A DNA stretch of 64,000 bases from Candidatus Micrarchaeota archaeon CG1_02_51_15 (GTDB taxonomy: Archaea > Micrarchaeota > Micrarchaeia > Norongarragalinales > UBA8480). How positions within the stretch are numbered: position 1 is the stretch's first letter; every line of letters begins with the position of its first letter. Location of the stretch: the NCBI GenBank assembly GCA_001871495.1, contig MNVG01000044.1, positions 74 through 64,073 on the forward strand. Direction: 5' to 3'. A program made the position numbers and the translations under genes. The notes beneath the pieces were generated by a model. That model was given only the letters and a program-made list of their open reading frames with translations, searched no databases and was not told where the DNA came from. This document shows, piece by piece, positions 37,881-47,435 of the stretch.

Positions 37881-39650
37881 TCACTCGCCACCCGCGTAGT
37901 AATACTCTCCTTTTTGGCGTTGTTCTTCGTCTAGTTGCGAGCCTTTCTTGTTCGCCCGCGGGCGCCCGGTTTCGGCGTCGCGGCGGAAAGTCAAGTCCAT
38001 TCCCTTCAGGAAGGAATTCATTGCTTGGCGCAGGCCTGCGGGCGCAAGCGCTTTTCCTTGTTTTGAAGGGGTGCCTTCAAAGAGCACTACGCGGTCGCTC
38101 ACGCGGTCTATGAATACCAAGTCGTGGTCGACTACGAAGCACGGAACCTCGGTCTTGTCGGCAATCCTGCGGATCAAGTCGGCTGCGTGCAAACGCTGTT
38201 CAACGTCCAAAAACGCCGAGGGCTCGTCGAACAAGCGCACGCCTGCTTTATTGCACAACGTAACGGCAATGGAAAGTCGCTGGAGTTCGCCCCCGCTTAA
38301 GTGCCTGACTTCCTTGTCAAGCAGTTCGGCTATTTCCAGGCGCGAACGGACTTCGGCGTCGAAGGTCTCGCGGTCGAATCCTTTTTGCGACTCAAGCATT
38401 TGTCGTACGGTCCCCTCGAAGTCGGAAGACGGGTATTGCGGCTTGTAGGCTACTGAAAGCTTTTGTTCGAAGCCGCTTCCTTCGTCCGCCTGCTCGACTC
38501 CCGCAAGGAGCTTGACGAAAGTGCTTTTGCCTATTGCGTTGGGGCCGAGGATGCCGACTACTTCCGAGTCGGAGAAACCGCCTGCCTCGGCTTCGAGTGA
38601 AAACCCGCTTTCGCCGAAATGCCTTTTCAGTGCGGAATAAGTGTACTTGGGTTTTGCGTTGAATTTGCGGGGCGCGCCGCGCTCGAAGCGTATTCCGTAG
38701 TCGCGGAAACGCATGTTTTCGTCCTTCAAGTAACCCGAAAGGAATTCGTTTACTCCATTGCGGCTGGCTTTAAGCCGCGATACTACGCCGTAAGCTCCTT
38801 TGGAACCGAAAAGCACTTGCACGAAATCACTCAGGTAATCCAACAAAGCCAAGTCGTGTTCGACAACTACAACCGCAGTGTTTTCGGCAAGCAACCTAAT
38901 TGCCCTAGCGACAACCATGCGCTGGCGCACGTCCAAGTAACTTGAAGGCTCGTCAAAAAAATAGACTTGCGCACTGCGCGCCATGGTGCAGGCGATTGCC
39001 AAGCGCTGGAGTTCGCCGCCACTGAGTTCGCCGAGGCTGCGTTCGGAAAACGCGTTCAATTCCAGCAATTCAGCCAATTGGGTTGCAACCCCGCGTTCGT
39101 CACACTCCTTCAACGCCTTGCCTGCAGTCGTCTTAAGGGAGGCGAGCTTGTCCAAGTACTGGGGCTTGTGGGCAACCTTCATTCCTCCAGACTCCAGCGC
39201 TTCGACATAAGCTTGGACTTCGTTGCCGCGAAACTCTTTTTTTAGTTCGTCTAATGAAGCGCCGCGCTTGAAGTGGCCGAAGTTGGGCCTTAACGAACCG
39301 GAAAGCAATTGCAATGCAGTGGTCTTGCCTATTCCGTTTACTCCTATTATTCCAACCACTGCCTTTTCTTTAGGCAGCGGAAAGCCGTACAACCTGAACG
39401 AATTGGGGCCGTATTGAAAAGTAGGCGCCCCGCTTTCACCAGGCAAGTTGATTACCTTGATGCACGAAACCGGACATTTTTTGACGCATAGGCCGCAACC
39501 CGAGCAAAGCACTTCGTCGATTACCGGAAAACCGTCTTCACTTATTACGATTACTTCCTCGTGCATTTTCACGCCGGGACATACCTTAAAACATTGGTAG
39601 CCGCACACTTCACGAGTGCATTTTTCACGACCTATTACTGCAACTCTCAT
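37881..39650 (-). CDS. abce1: ABCE1 (RNase L inhibitor / Rli1) ribosome-recycling ATPase
   Basis: Start taken at MRVAVIGREKCTR. Two 4Fe-4S ferredoxin-like Cys clusters (CxxCxxC...CP twice) followed by two ABC cassettes with LSGGELQR signatures. Confidence 0.85.
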   Translation of the reverse strand: MRVAVIGREKCTREVCGYQCFKVCPGVKMHEEVIVISEDGFPVIDEVLCSGCGLCVKKCPVSCIKVINLPGESGAPTFQYGPNSFRLYGFPLPKEKAVVGIIGVNGIGKTTALQLLSGSLRPNFGHFKRGASLDELKKEFRGNEVQAYVEALESGGMKVAHKPQYLDKLASLKTTAGKALKECDERGVATQLAELLELNAFSERSLGELSGGELQRLAIACTMARSAQVYFFDEPSSYLDVRQRMVVARAIRLLAENTAVVVVEHDLALLDYLSDFVQVLFGSKGAYGVVSRLKASRNGVNEFLSGYLKDENMRFRDYGIRFERGAPRKFNAKPKYTYSALKRHFGESGFSLEAEAGGFSDSEVVGILGPNAIGKSTFVKLLAGVEQADEGSGFEQKLSVAYKPQYPSSDFEGTVRQMLESQKGFDRETFDAEVRSRLEIAELLDKEVRHLSGGELQRLSIAVTLCNKAGVRLFDEPSAFLDVEQRLHAADLIRRIADKTEVPCFVVDHDLVFIDRVSDRVVLFEGTPSKQGKALAPAGLRQAMNSFLKGMDLTFRRDAETGRPRANKKGSQLDEEQRQKGEYYYAGGE

Positions 39651-39708
39651 AAACGAAAACACCTGCCACGGAACTCGATAAGCTAGCCGGGCATCAAACC
39701 AACGCCGT

Positions 39709-39906
39709 TTAGAGCGCCAGTATAAGCAAGCCAATTAGGAATAACAACAGCCCGAACAGGAATAGTCCGCCTGCAACTGCGCTGAAAGCCAGTGCGGCCA
39801 AACTGGCCATAAACTCTCCTTTGAAGAAAGCCAGGAACCACACTGCAAACATCAACAGCAAGCCGACTGCCAAAGAAACTACGCCCGCCTTGCTAACTCC
39901 CGCCAC
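39709..39906 (-). CDS. Small hydrophobic (2-TM) hypothetical protein
   Basis: 65-aa ORF that is almost entirely hydrophobic. It may be spurious. Confidence 0.25.
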   Translation of the reverse strand: MAGVSKAGVVSLAVGLLLMFAVWFLAFFKGEFMASLAALAFSAVAGGLFLFGLLLFLIGLLILAL

Positions 39907-40045
39907 TTTAAAACCAACTCCTCAACCAACTTAACCGACGCGACTTACAATTATTTAAGACGAATGCGAGTTAAAAAAACGTAGGTTACGGTACGGGCTA
40001 CTCTTAATATCTAATGTAAAAGCACGATCCAGCCTGGAATACCTT

Positions 40046-41674
40046 TTGATACTAGTGGGCATCTTGATAATAGGAGTAATTTCGATAGTGATATTGAAAA
40101 GCGGCTTGCTTGCAAAAAGCAATGAAAACATCCATGATTCCGGATTGAACGTCGACGCATTAAGCAACGTGGAAGTGGCAACCCCGAAGTACCTGCTTTA
40201 CTCCAATTTTACTGCCGAAGAAAATCCGGACGTGCCCTGCAAGACAACCTACCAGCTGACTGTTTGTAAACCGATTTGGGTAATGAACGCAGGCGGAACG
40301 GTATTGCGATTCACGATATACAAGTACTCGAACCCCACAAAACTACTAGAAGCATACCTTCTGGCATACGACAAGCTGGTGCTCGAACTTAATTCAATTC
40401 CAAATTACGAAAAAGACCATTGTTATGCGTATTACTGGAACGGCAACTCTGCACAAAACGCCACTTGGTCGCTTGGCAATGCAAGCGCCTGCGACGATTT
40501 TACTCCGGAAGTACTTCCCGAAATATCGGTTTCGTTGTCCGCGCCTAACGGCGGGTCTTACTCGGGAAACGCCAACATAAGCTATAACTACACGCCGGCC
40601 GCGTCGAACGCGACTTTCGCTAACTGCAGCCTGTGGAACAATCAGAGCGACGCAAGCGCCGAACGCACTTCCAACGCAACGGCAATAACCTCGGGTTTGG
40701 CGAACACCTTAATTTGCAACACCACTGCCGGCGCCCATCCGGCTACAATAACGTGGAACGTAAAGTGCTCTAACTCTACTGCAACGGTACACGCTAGTGC
40801 AGACTACTCGTCTACCCTCACCCAGCCCCCTACGATAATAGGCGGCTACGGAACGACAATAGCATCTTCGGGAAACTACGTGCTTACGGACAACCTCACG
40901 TGTACGGGAACCGACGGAGTCACCATAAATGCAAACGACGTGTCGCTTGACTGCCAAAACTATGAATCGGACGGCGTTACCAAAGTAGGCAAGGGAATAA
41001 TGTTGAGTGCAGGAAGAGAGAACATAAACATAACCAATTGCGCAATCAAACGGTTCGTCAACGCAATATACTCGCTTTGGCTCAATCAAAACGCGTACAT
41101 CAAAATCCACGATAACCTGATAATGGACAGCGACCAACGCAACCTTGCACTAGACAAGGTAAACCACACCACTATTTCATCCAATTTTATTAACAACCCG
41201 AAAGCCAGTTACTACGGCCTTGACTTGTACCAAGGGTATTTTATGACAATCGACTCGAACTCGTTCAACTTTACTTTGGTCGCCAACGCGCATTACGGCG
41301 CGTACATCTACAAAATATACAGTTCAGCTATAAGCAACAACACAATAGCAGGATCGGGAGTCGGTACGTATGGAATAAAGTGCCCTGGCGGCGGAGTCAT
41401 GGCTTACGTAAACATTTCAGACAACAACGTAACCGGTTTCGACAGCGGCATTAGAACTGCAAGCACAATGAGTTATTCCAACGTAATCTGCAACAAGTTT
41501 TTCTCGATTTCGAGCAAAAGCATTGATGATTCAAGCGCAAGCCCTGGTTACAACAACTTTTCTTACAACAACATTACGGGCGGAACGTACGGTTTCTACT
41601 TATGGAACTACGGCGGTAGTAACGTGTTTCAGAAAAATTTCGCGTACAACCAGAACACGTACGGTTTTACATAA
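40046..41674 (+). CDS. Large extracellular protein with right-handed parallel beta-helix repeats and many N-glycosylation sequons. The N-terminus is a pilin-like class III signal.
   Basis: Many NxS/T sites. C-terminal repeat blocks (NITNCAIKRFVNAIY.., IHDNLIMDSDQRN.., ISSNFINN..) are typical of PbH1/NosD-like beta-helices. The in-frame sequence upstream of the listed TTG start (from 40007) reads (I)SNVKARSSLEYLLILVGILIIGV. This parallels the pilin leaders MKQKAQTSIEYILLVALAVVV, but no ATG/GTG/TTG precedes it. Confidence 0.55.
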   Translation: MILVGILIIGVISIVILKSGLLAKSNENIHDSGLNVDALSNVEVATPKYLLYSNFTAEENPDVPCKTTYQLTVCKPIWVMNAGGTVLRFTIYKYSNPTKLLEAYLLAYDKLVLELNSIPNYEKDHCYAYYWNGNSAQNATWSLGNASACDDFTPEVLPEISVSLSAPNGGSYSGNANISYNYTPAASNATFANCSLWNNQSDASAERTSNATAITSGLANTLICNTTAGAHPATITWNVKCSNSTATVHASADYSSTLTQPPTIIGGYGTTIASSGNYVLTDNLTCTGTDGVTINANDVSLDCQNYESDGVTKVGKGIMLSAGRENINITNCAIKRFVNAIYSLWLNQNAYIKIHDNLIMDSDQRNLALDKVNHTTISSNFINNPKASYYGLDLYQGYFMTIDSNSFNFTLVANAHYGAYIYKIYSSAISNNTIAGSGVGTYGIKCPGGGVMAYVNISDNNVTGFDSGIRTASTMSYSNVICNKFFSISSKSIDDSSASPGYNNFSYNNITGGTYGFYLWNYGGSNVFQKNFAYNQNTYGFT

Positions 41675-41873
41675 GTAAAGTCGAACGCGCCTTCAGCACG
41701 AGCAACACTTGCGATTACAACAAGTGTTATCAATCTAACGCAAACAACGTGTGCACGCCCAACAATGGAGGCGCAGGAAACTGCACCATCATTTGCCCGT
41801 GATATTTTCCAAAGGGCTTACCGATTGCAGTTTATACTTCCTGATCCATAAAATATTCAAGTGGATAAAGCAA

Positions 41874-42929
41874 ATGAAAATACTGAAGCTGGACCGTAAA
41901 GACGACATTTTAGTTGTCGAACCACAGTCCATTGAAGACTTGTGGCACTTGACTAAAGTGATTGAAAAAGGCGATTTGGTTACCGGCAGGTCTTTTCGGC
42001 TCTTCAAGGTTCAAGACAGCCTCAAAGCCGCGTCCGGAGAAAAGAAAGCAGTTAATATCCAAATCCGCGTGGAATCAGTTGAGTTCGCCGAACAATCCAA
42101 CAAACTGCGCTTGACCGGCGCAATCGTTGCAGGCACGCCTGAAGAGTTTTGTCCCCACGGTGAGTTCCACACCCTTGATTTGGAGCCCATGCAACGTGTT
42201 GAAGTCGCTAAAAAGCTTAACTCGTTCCACGAAAGCGTCTTGGACGAAGCCAAAAAGCACAGCCGTTCCACCCACGCAGTGGTTGTAGTTATGGACGACG
42301 AAAAAGCGTTGTTCGCCGAACTGCGCAATACGGGCATCCGGTTCGGACCGGAGATCCGTTGTCATGCAAGCAAACGCGACCCCGACTCGTTTACGGAGAA
42401 GAAAAAGTCTTTCTTGGCCGAAGCAACTGCGTTGCTTAAGCAAAAGGACGGCGAAGACAGGCAGTTAGTGGTTGCAGGTCCGGGCTTTACCAAAGACGAG
42501 TTCAAAAAGTTCCTGTCCGACCGTGAGCCGAACATGGCGAAAAAAATCGCTTGGGAACACTGTTCCAACGCCGAGCGCAATGGAGTGCACGAACTGCTCA
42601 AAAAAGGGATTTTGGAACGCATTCTTGGCGCGCAAAAACTTCAAGAAGAGTATGCCGCGCTTGAAAGGCTTAAAGCCAGTTTGGGCCGCGACGACGGGTT
42701 GTCGGTTTACGGCTTGGACGAGGTTAACGCGGCAGTTGAAACAGGTGCAACCGCGGAACTGCTGGTACTAGACGAACTCGTGCGACGCAACGCGGACGCA
42801 AGGAAAGTGCTTGAAAAGGCAAAGCAGCGGGGTGCAAAGATAGTCATATTCAATTCCGACGACGACGCAGGTTCAGAGTTCAAGGCGTTTAAGGCAGCTG
42901 CGCTCTTAAGGTACAAACTCGGTTACTGA
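41874..42929 (+). CDS. pelA: Pelota (Dom34 homolog), mRNA surveillance / ribosome rescue factor
   Basis: Start at MKILKLDRKDDILVVEPQSIEDLWHL, the typical Pelota N-terminus. Three-domain eRF1-like layout of ~350 aa. Confidence 0.8.
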   Translation: MKILKLDRKDDILVVEPQSIEDLWHLTKVIEKGDLVTGRSFRLFKVQDSLKAASGEKKAVNIQIRVESVEFAEQSNKLRLTGAIVAGTPEEFCPHGEFHTLDLEPMQRVEVAKKLNSFHESVLDEAKKHSRSTHAVVVVMDDEKALFAELRNTGIRFGPEIRCHASKRDPDSFTEKKKSFLAEATALLKQKDGEDRQLVVAGPGFTKDEFKKFLSDREPNMAKKIAWEHCSNAERNGVHELLKKGILERILGAQKLQEEYAALERLKASLGRDDGLSVYGLDEVNAAVETGATAELLVLDELVRRNADARKVLEKAKQRGAKIVIFNSDDDAGSEFKAFKAAALLRYKLGY

Positions 42930-42992
42930 TTAGTCGGGAATAAAAAAATAAAAACGCGGACGGCAAACGCCGCCCGAAAAACAAGCTATTTC

Positions 42993-43334
42993 CTACTGGT
43001 CGCGTGCGAGCGCATAAATCGCCTTAAGGGCGACTATTGCCGCAGCAGGCGCAACCATTGCTCCAAAGAGGCTGAATATTACCCCGAGTTGAGGGAATAT
43101 TGACGCGTACACTACAGACAGGCTGGTTACGCTCAACAGGAATGCAACGGTTGCAATAAGGAACGAATTTACTTCCTTGTCGCTTACGTTAAGCAATCCT
43201 ACTACTAACCCGATGAGTCCCAGCAAGAGAGGCATCCACGTTTGGTAATAAAACGCTCCAATTATGGATACTATCAAGCCGAGAATGAAGGCGTAAACGC
43301 CTACCATCGGCATCGTGTTTTTCGACATTTTCAA
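42993..43334 (-). CDS. Small integral membrane protein (hypothetical)
   Basis: 113 aa with 3-4 hydrophobic helices. Confidence 0.4.
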   Translation of the reverse strand: MKMSKNTMPMVGVYAFILGLIVSIIGAFYYQTWMPLLLGLIGLVVGLLNVSDKEVNSFLIATVAFLLSVTSLSVVYASIFPQLGVIFSLFGAMVAPAAAIVALKAIYALARDQ

Positions 43335-43411
43335 AGGCTCACCTCATGAGCAACCTTCTAGATTGGGTAAAATCAAGAGCATTTGCCCAAATATAAATAC
43401 TCACCTCAACC

Positions 43412-45523
43412 TCATTTGTTCGTCGTTTGACGATAGTTGAGGAATTCGAGCATTGGTTGCGTCCACTGGCTCCAGTATTGGCAGGGGTTCTTGACTGGAA
43501 CAAGCGCGGTTCCGAAATCGGGCGAAAGCAGTTCCGAGTTGAAGAAAACCGCTGCTTCGGACTGCTGGTGGTCTAGTGCGGAAATAATCAGTTCCTCTGC
43601 CTCTTTTTCCCTACCCAGACGACGTAATAACGCAAGCAAGTAAGGCGAGTCGCGAGGCCAAACCACTGCCCCGTGGTATTCGGCATCGCCGGTGAAAACG
43701 CGTTCGCCGTAATTCCGGCAAAGCAAGCCGAACAAGCGACCTTTATTGCGAACGAATAATGTGTTCGAGGCAGTTTCTAGCGCGAGGTTCACTTCGGAGT
43801 TGGAAAAAACCGAAGGCAGCAATGCCATTGAAACAAGTGAAGCGCTCGACTCCTCGGCTGCTTTTACGCCTCCGTAGGACACGCACTGCGAAAGCAACCC
43901 GTTACCCATCATGAAAAAGTCCTTGAAATTAGATTCCACCCTATCGACTATTTCCTGCACTTCCGTCAAGTCGTCGTCGGAAGCAAAGTCCAGCAGCTCC
44001 TTCAAGAAGGCAAGCCACAAGGCGTTGCATTCAACCAAGTAGAAGGAAGGAGAATTGAGTGCAACTGAAATTTTTGCCGCGTTGCCGCCGAATTCTGCAA
44101 AGGCATTACTTACGCACTCTTTCGGAACCCGAGAAGGAAATACTGCCGCGGACCCGCCTGCATCAACAGAACGCATGGAATCCATCCAACCAAAGTTTGC
44201 AGGACACTTCAACAAACCCCGCTCGTCAAGGAGAATGCCTGCCTTGCCGCCTGCAAACGAAGCAATGGTAGAACGCGCAGAGTCCCGCAATTGCTTTAAC
44301 AACACGCGGTCGCGTTTCTTGCGCAGAAGCTTGATTACTGCCAAGTAAACCAACAGCGTTGCGTCTAGTGAATTGAATGACGGAGCTTCGCCGTTTTTTT
44401 CAGCTGTTTTGTTGGGCACCAAACCGTTTTTCTCAAGGGAAAGCGCATTGAACACCATGTTGGACAACGCACGTTTCCTGCACGTGTAATACAAGTCGAA
44501 GTTGACGTTCAGGCCTTCGAAAGCGTCGCGGAACCACGCGTTGCGAAACCAAAACGCGCCAGCATCGGGAAACCCGTTCCACTCGAACTTGTCCAACAGG
44601 CACAACAGCCTGCCGCTCAAAGCAACTGCCGTCGCCTTACCCCACTTGCTCTGGGCTTCTTCGAACGCAGGTTGAAACGGCTTGGAATAACGCGAAAGCC
44701 GCAGCAGCTCCAGCCGCTCCCACTCAAAAGGCAGTTCAACGCCGCAAGAGCGCTTTCTTCGATTGCCCGCTGAAACCGAAACCCAAAGCACGGCGCGACC
44801 GCCTGAAAAACCCAATTCTACCTCGGCAGCTTCACGCAGCAAACGCGATTCTCCTACAAACCGTGCGAAACCGTCTGCACAACGTTCGCGATTTCCGCTA
44901 CCCAGTTTGTAAAACCAATGACGTTCGCCGAAGCTTGGAGAAACGCGCCTTACTTTAGAACCCGACAATAACAAGCGGCAACCGTCCTTACTGACTTCCA
45001 ACGCGCCGTCTTTTGCAATACAAGAGTGAGCGCCGGCTGAAGAAGAGGCATACATGTGACGCAAGTCAACTAACGGCCGGATTACAATAGAAGCACCTGC
45101 CCCCAAGGCGTTTGCAAGCGCAGAATCGGGTTCGAAACAAACGCCTAAAGAGCAACGGCCTAAAGAAAAAAGCAGGTACTCCACGCACAATTCTCCTTGC
45201 GGAGCAGAATAGAAATACTGCGCCTTCCAAGGAAAAACCTTGACACGCAAGGGCGATAATACAACGGAATTGCCCTTCGAATCACGCAAGGCAAACGGAA
45301 GCGCGTCCAAAAGCTTCCAGTTTTCAGTGCCGACTTCTGCACAAAGCCCTTCATAGGCATAGTCGCGGTTGGGGCAAATGAAGCCGTCTACGGAAACAGA
45401 GTGCACTGACTGCCCAAACTCGGCAGAACGCCCACGCAAAAGAATCCTGCACGTGCGGGCAAATCCGTCTGCTTCAAGCTCTGAAGCCTGTTTTTCAACG
45501 CACACTTCACGAACGTTCAACAA
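43412..45523 (-). CDS. Archaeal-type glycogen debranching enzyme (amylo-alpha-1,6-glucosidase, GDE_C-like)
   Basis: 703 aa. WFRNAWFRDAFEGL and the surrounding (alpha/alpha)6-barrel-like region are characteristic of GDE-type debranching enzymes. It sits in a glycogen gene cluster. Confidence 0.6.
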   Translation of the reverse strand: MLNVREVCVEKQASELEADGFARTCRILLRGRSAEFGQSVHSVSVDGFICPNRDYAYEGLCAEVGTENWKLLDALPFALRDSKGNSVVLSPLRVKVFPWKAQYFYSAPQGELCVEYLLFSLGRCSLGVCFEPDSALANALGAGASIVIRPLVDLRHMYASSSAGAHSCIAKDGALEVSKDGCRLLLSGSKVRRVSPSFGERHWFYKLGSGNRERCADGFARFVGESRLLREAAEVELGFSGGRAVLWVSVSAGNRRKRSCGVELPFEWERLELLRLSRYSKPFQPAFEEAQSKWGKATAVALSGRLLCLLDKFEWNGFPDAGAFWFRNAWFRDAFEGLNVNFDLYYTCRKRALSNMVFNALSLEKNGLVPNKTAEKNGEAPSFNSLDATLLVYLAVIKLLRKKRDRVLLKQLRDSARSTIASFAGGKAGILLDERGLLKCPANFGWMDSMRSVDAGGSAAVFPSRVPKECVSNAFAEFGGNAAKISVALNSPSFYLVECNALWLAFLKELLDFASDDDLTEVQEIVDRVESNFKDFFMMGNGLLSQCVSYGGVKAAEESSASLVSMALLPSVFSNSEVNLALETASNTLFVRNKGRLFGLLCRNYGERVFTGDAEYHGAVVWPRDSPYLLALLRRLGREKEAEELIISALDHQQSEAAVFFNSELLSPDFGTALVPVKNPCQYWSQWTQPMLEFLNYRQTTNK

Positions 45524-45559
45524 ACTGCAACCCCGTTTTCAATTGCCTGCATCCGAATC

Positions 45560-45769
45560 TCACTTCAACGAAAACCGATAACGCAACGGAGCATCGCCGT
45601 CCACCTGCAGCTTGCCTTCGCGAGCCAGCCAACCCAATCCGGCATTCAGCCTTGCAGGAGAAAGCTTGGTAGACCGCGACAACTGCGAAAGGGACTGCGG
45701 CGCTTTTCCGTTAAGCGCGCGCCAAATCACGCCCGCACACTCTCCGAAATACTGTTCTATTGAAACCAA
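45560..45769 (-). CDS. Small winged-helix DNA-binding protein (putative regulator)
   Basis: 69 aa with wH-like LSQLSRSTKLSPARLNAGLGWLAREGKL. It lies between the debranching enzyme and GT4 genes. Confidence 0.35.
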   Translation of the reverse strand: MVSIEQYFGECAGVIWRALNGKAPQSLSQLSRSTKLSPARLNAGLGWLAREGKLQVDGDAPLRYRFSLK

Positions 45770-45770
45770 T

Positions 45771-47435
45771 TCACTTTTTCACCTCTTTAACGCCGGAAAC
45801 CGATTTGGTTTTCGCCTCCTTTAGTGCCTCGCGCAAAACGCCTTTGGCAACGTGACGACAGTGTAAAAACTCCGCCGACATATCCAAGGGAGGCTTTGCA
45901 TCGCCGTTGCCGTGCCAAGTTGCGTAATTCGCCTGCGCATTGGAGTAAGCCTCGAAAATCCGTTCTACTATGTACGCCCAGCTGAAGTACTTTTGCTGCA
46001 CTCTACGCGCACCGCCTGCACTTATCTTGTGCCTCAGCTTTTCGTCGTTGAGTGCAATCTTCAAAATCCTTGAAAGCAACGCCGGCTTCAACTCGAACTC
46101 GCGCTCCATTGGAACTTTAAAGCCGTCAACGCCGTTGCGAATTACTTCCTTCATGCCGCCATTACCGCCTACGACTACCACCGGACCGACGAAGCCGTTG
46201 AGTTCGGCGGCCAAGTCAGCTGCAAGCCCTTCCAAAGTCACTAACCCAAAGGGCTCGTAAAGCGAGGGAAGCGCAAGTACGTCGCACGCGCAGAACAACG
46301 ACTTCTTCAAATCCTCTTCCACCCAGCCGTTGTAAAGCACGACGTCCTTTGCCAACCCCAGTGCAACGATCTTGGCGTAATATTTACGGTACTCGTCTTC
46401 GCTCAAGCGCGAGCTCACAACGAGGCCCACTGAAGAGTCTCTTAGTAATTCAAAAGCCTCAAGCAAATGATCGATGCCCTTGCGCCACTCTGCCCGGCCC
46501 ATGAACAAAACGAACTTCTGCTTTTCGGGCAAAAGCTTCCGCAAAACCGTCCTTCCGAACTTGATGCGCTCGGGAGTAACATTGCGCCAGTCATCTAGGA
46601 TAATCCCGTTGGTTATTCCGCCGACACACTGCGCAATCAAACTCAGGTCTTCTGGCTCAAGCAACGAAAACTTTTCAAAACACTCGTCGCGCCAAGCCTG
46701 TTCCTGAGCCCACTTCTGCGTCTTTACTGCCGCAAGCTCGGCAGTTATAGACTGTTTCAAAGGCAATAGGTTATAGGCTTCGAACTTAGCTTCGCTTATT
46801 GAAACACCCTGCACGAAATCGGCTTCTTGAAAGGCAGCTGCCTCAATGAACAAAACCGCATTATCCGCATCGGGCTTGCCCAAACTCCTGCCGAACTCGC
46901 CCGAATGAAAACGACAAACCAACGGAACCTTCAGCCGCTCTCTGCATAGAAAACCGGCCGGAAAAGCCAGCCAGTCTTGCGCATCAACCAATGCAATACC
47001 TTCTTTTGAATGCCTCTGCTGCCAAAACTCGGCAACAGCCGGAGCATGTTTCCAAAAAGAATTAAGTTTGCGGTAAAAATCCCAGTTCGCCGACTTCTCA
47101 GAACGTATGCGGAACTTGTCCCACAACTCCTTGTGGAAGGCATCGCGCTCGCCCTCCGAAAGCGAAGACTCCAGGAAAAAACACTTTATCCCGCCACGCA
47201 CCGCTTCGTACACCTTCATTCCCTTGTTAGCTTCAACGAATTGGGCAAACTCTGGCGAAGGCTTCAAGTCCCTCAACAGAACCCCAGAGTCGCGCAAAGA
47301 AAGCACGAAAGGCTCCAAGCCAACCTTACCTTGTTCAACCGCGTGTTTCCAAGCAGGAAACAATTCAGTTGCATAACGGTACAAACCACCTACAGGCTTC
47401 TGCAACTCCGTCACCAAAAACAAAACCTTCTTCAA
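45771..47435 (-). CDS. GT-B fold glycosyltransferase (GT4-like), alpha-glucan metabolism
   Basis: C-terminal GT-B donor-binding block (LALPSLYEPFGLVTLEGLA ... E-x7-E-like region), 554 aa. Confidence 0.6.
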   Translation of the reverse strand: MKKVLFLVTELQKPVGGLYRYATELFPAWKHAVEQGKVGLEPFVLSLRDSGVLLRDLKPSPEFAQFVEANKGMKVYEAVRGGIKCFFLESSLSEGERDAFHKELWDKFRIRSEKSANWDFYRKLNSFWKHAPAVAEFWQQRHSKEGIALVDAQDWLAFPAGFLCRERLKVPLVCRFHSGEFGRSLGKPDADNAVLFIEAAAFQEADFVQGVSISEAKFEAYNLLPLKQSITAELAAVKTQKWAQEQAWRDECFEKFSLLEPEDLSLIAQCVGGITNGIILDDWRNVTPERIKFGRTVLRKLLPEKQKFVLFMGRAEWRKGIDHLLEAFELLRDSSVGLVVSSRLSEDEYRKYYAKIVALGLAKDVVLYNGWVEEDLKKSLFCACDVLALPSLYEPFGLVTLEGLAADLAAELNGFVGPVVVVGGNGGMKEVIRNGVDGFKVPMEREFELKPALLSRILKIALNDEKLRHKISAGGARRVQQKYFSWAYIVERIFEAYSNAQANYATWHGNGDAKPPLDMSAEFLHCRHVAKGVLREALKEAKTKSVSGVKEVKK

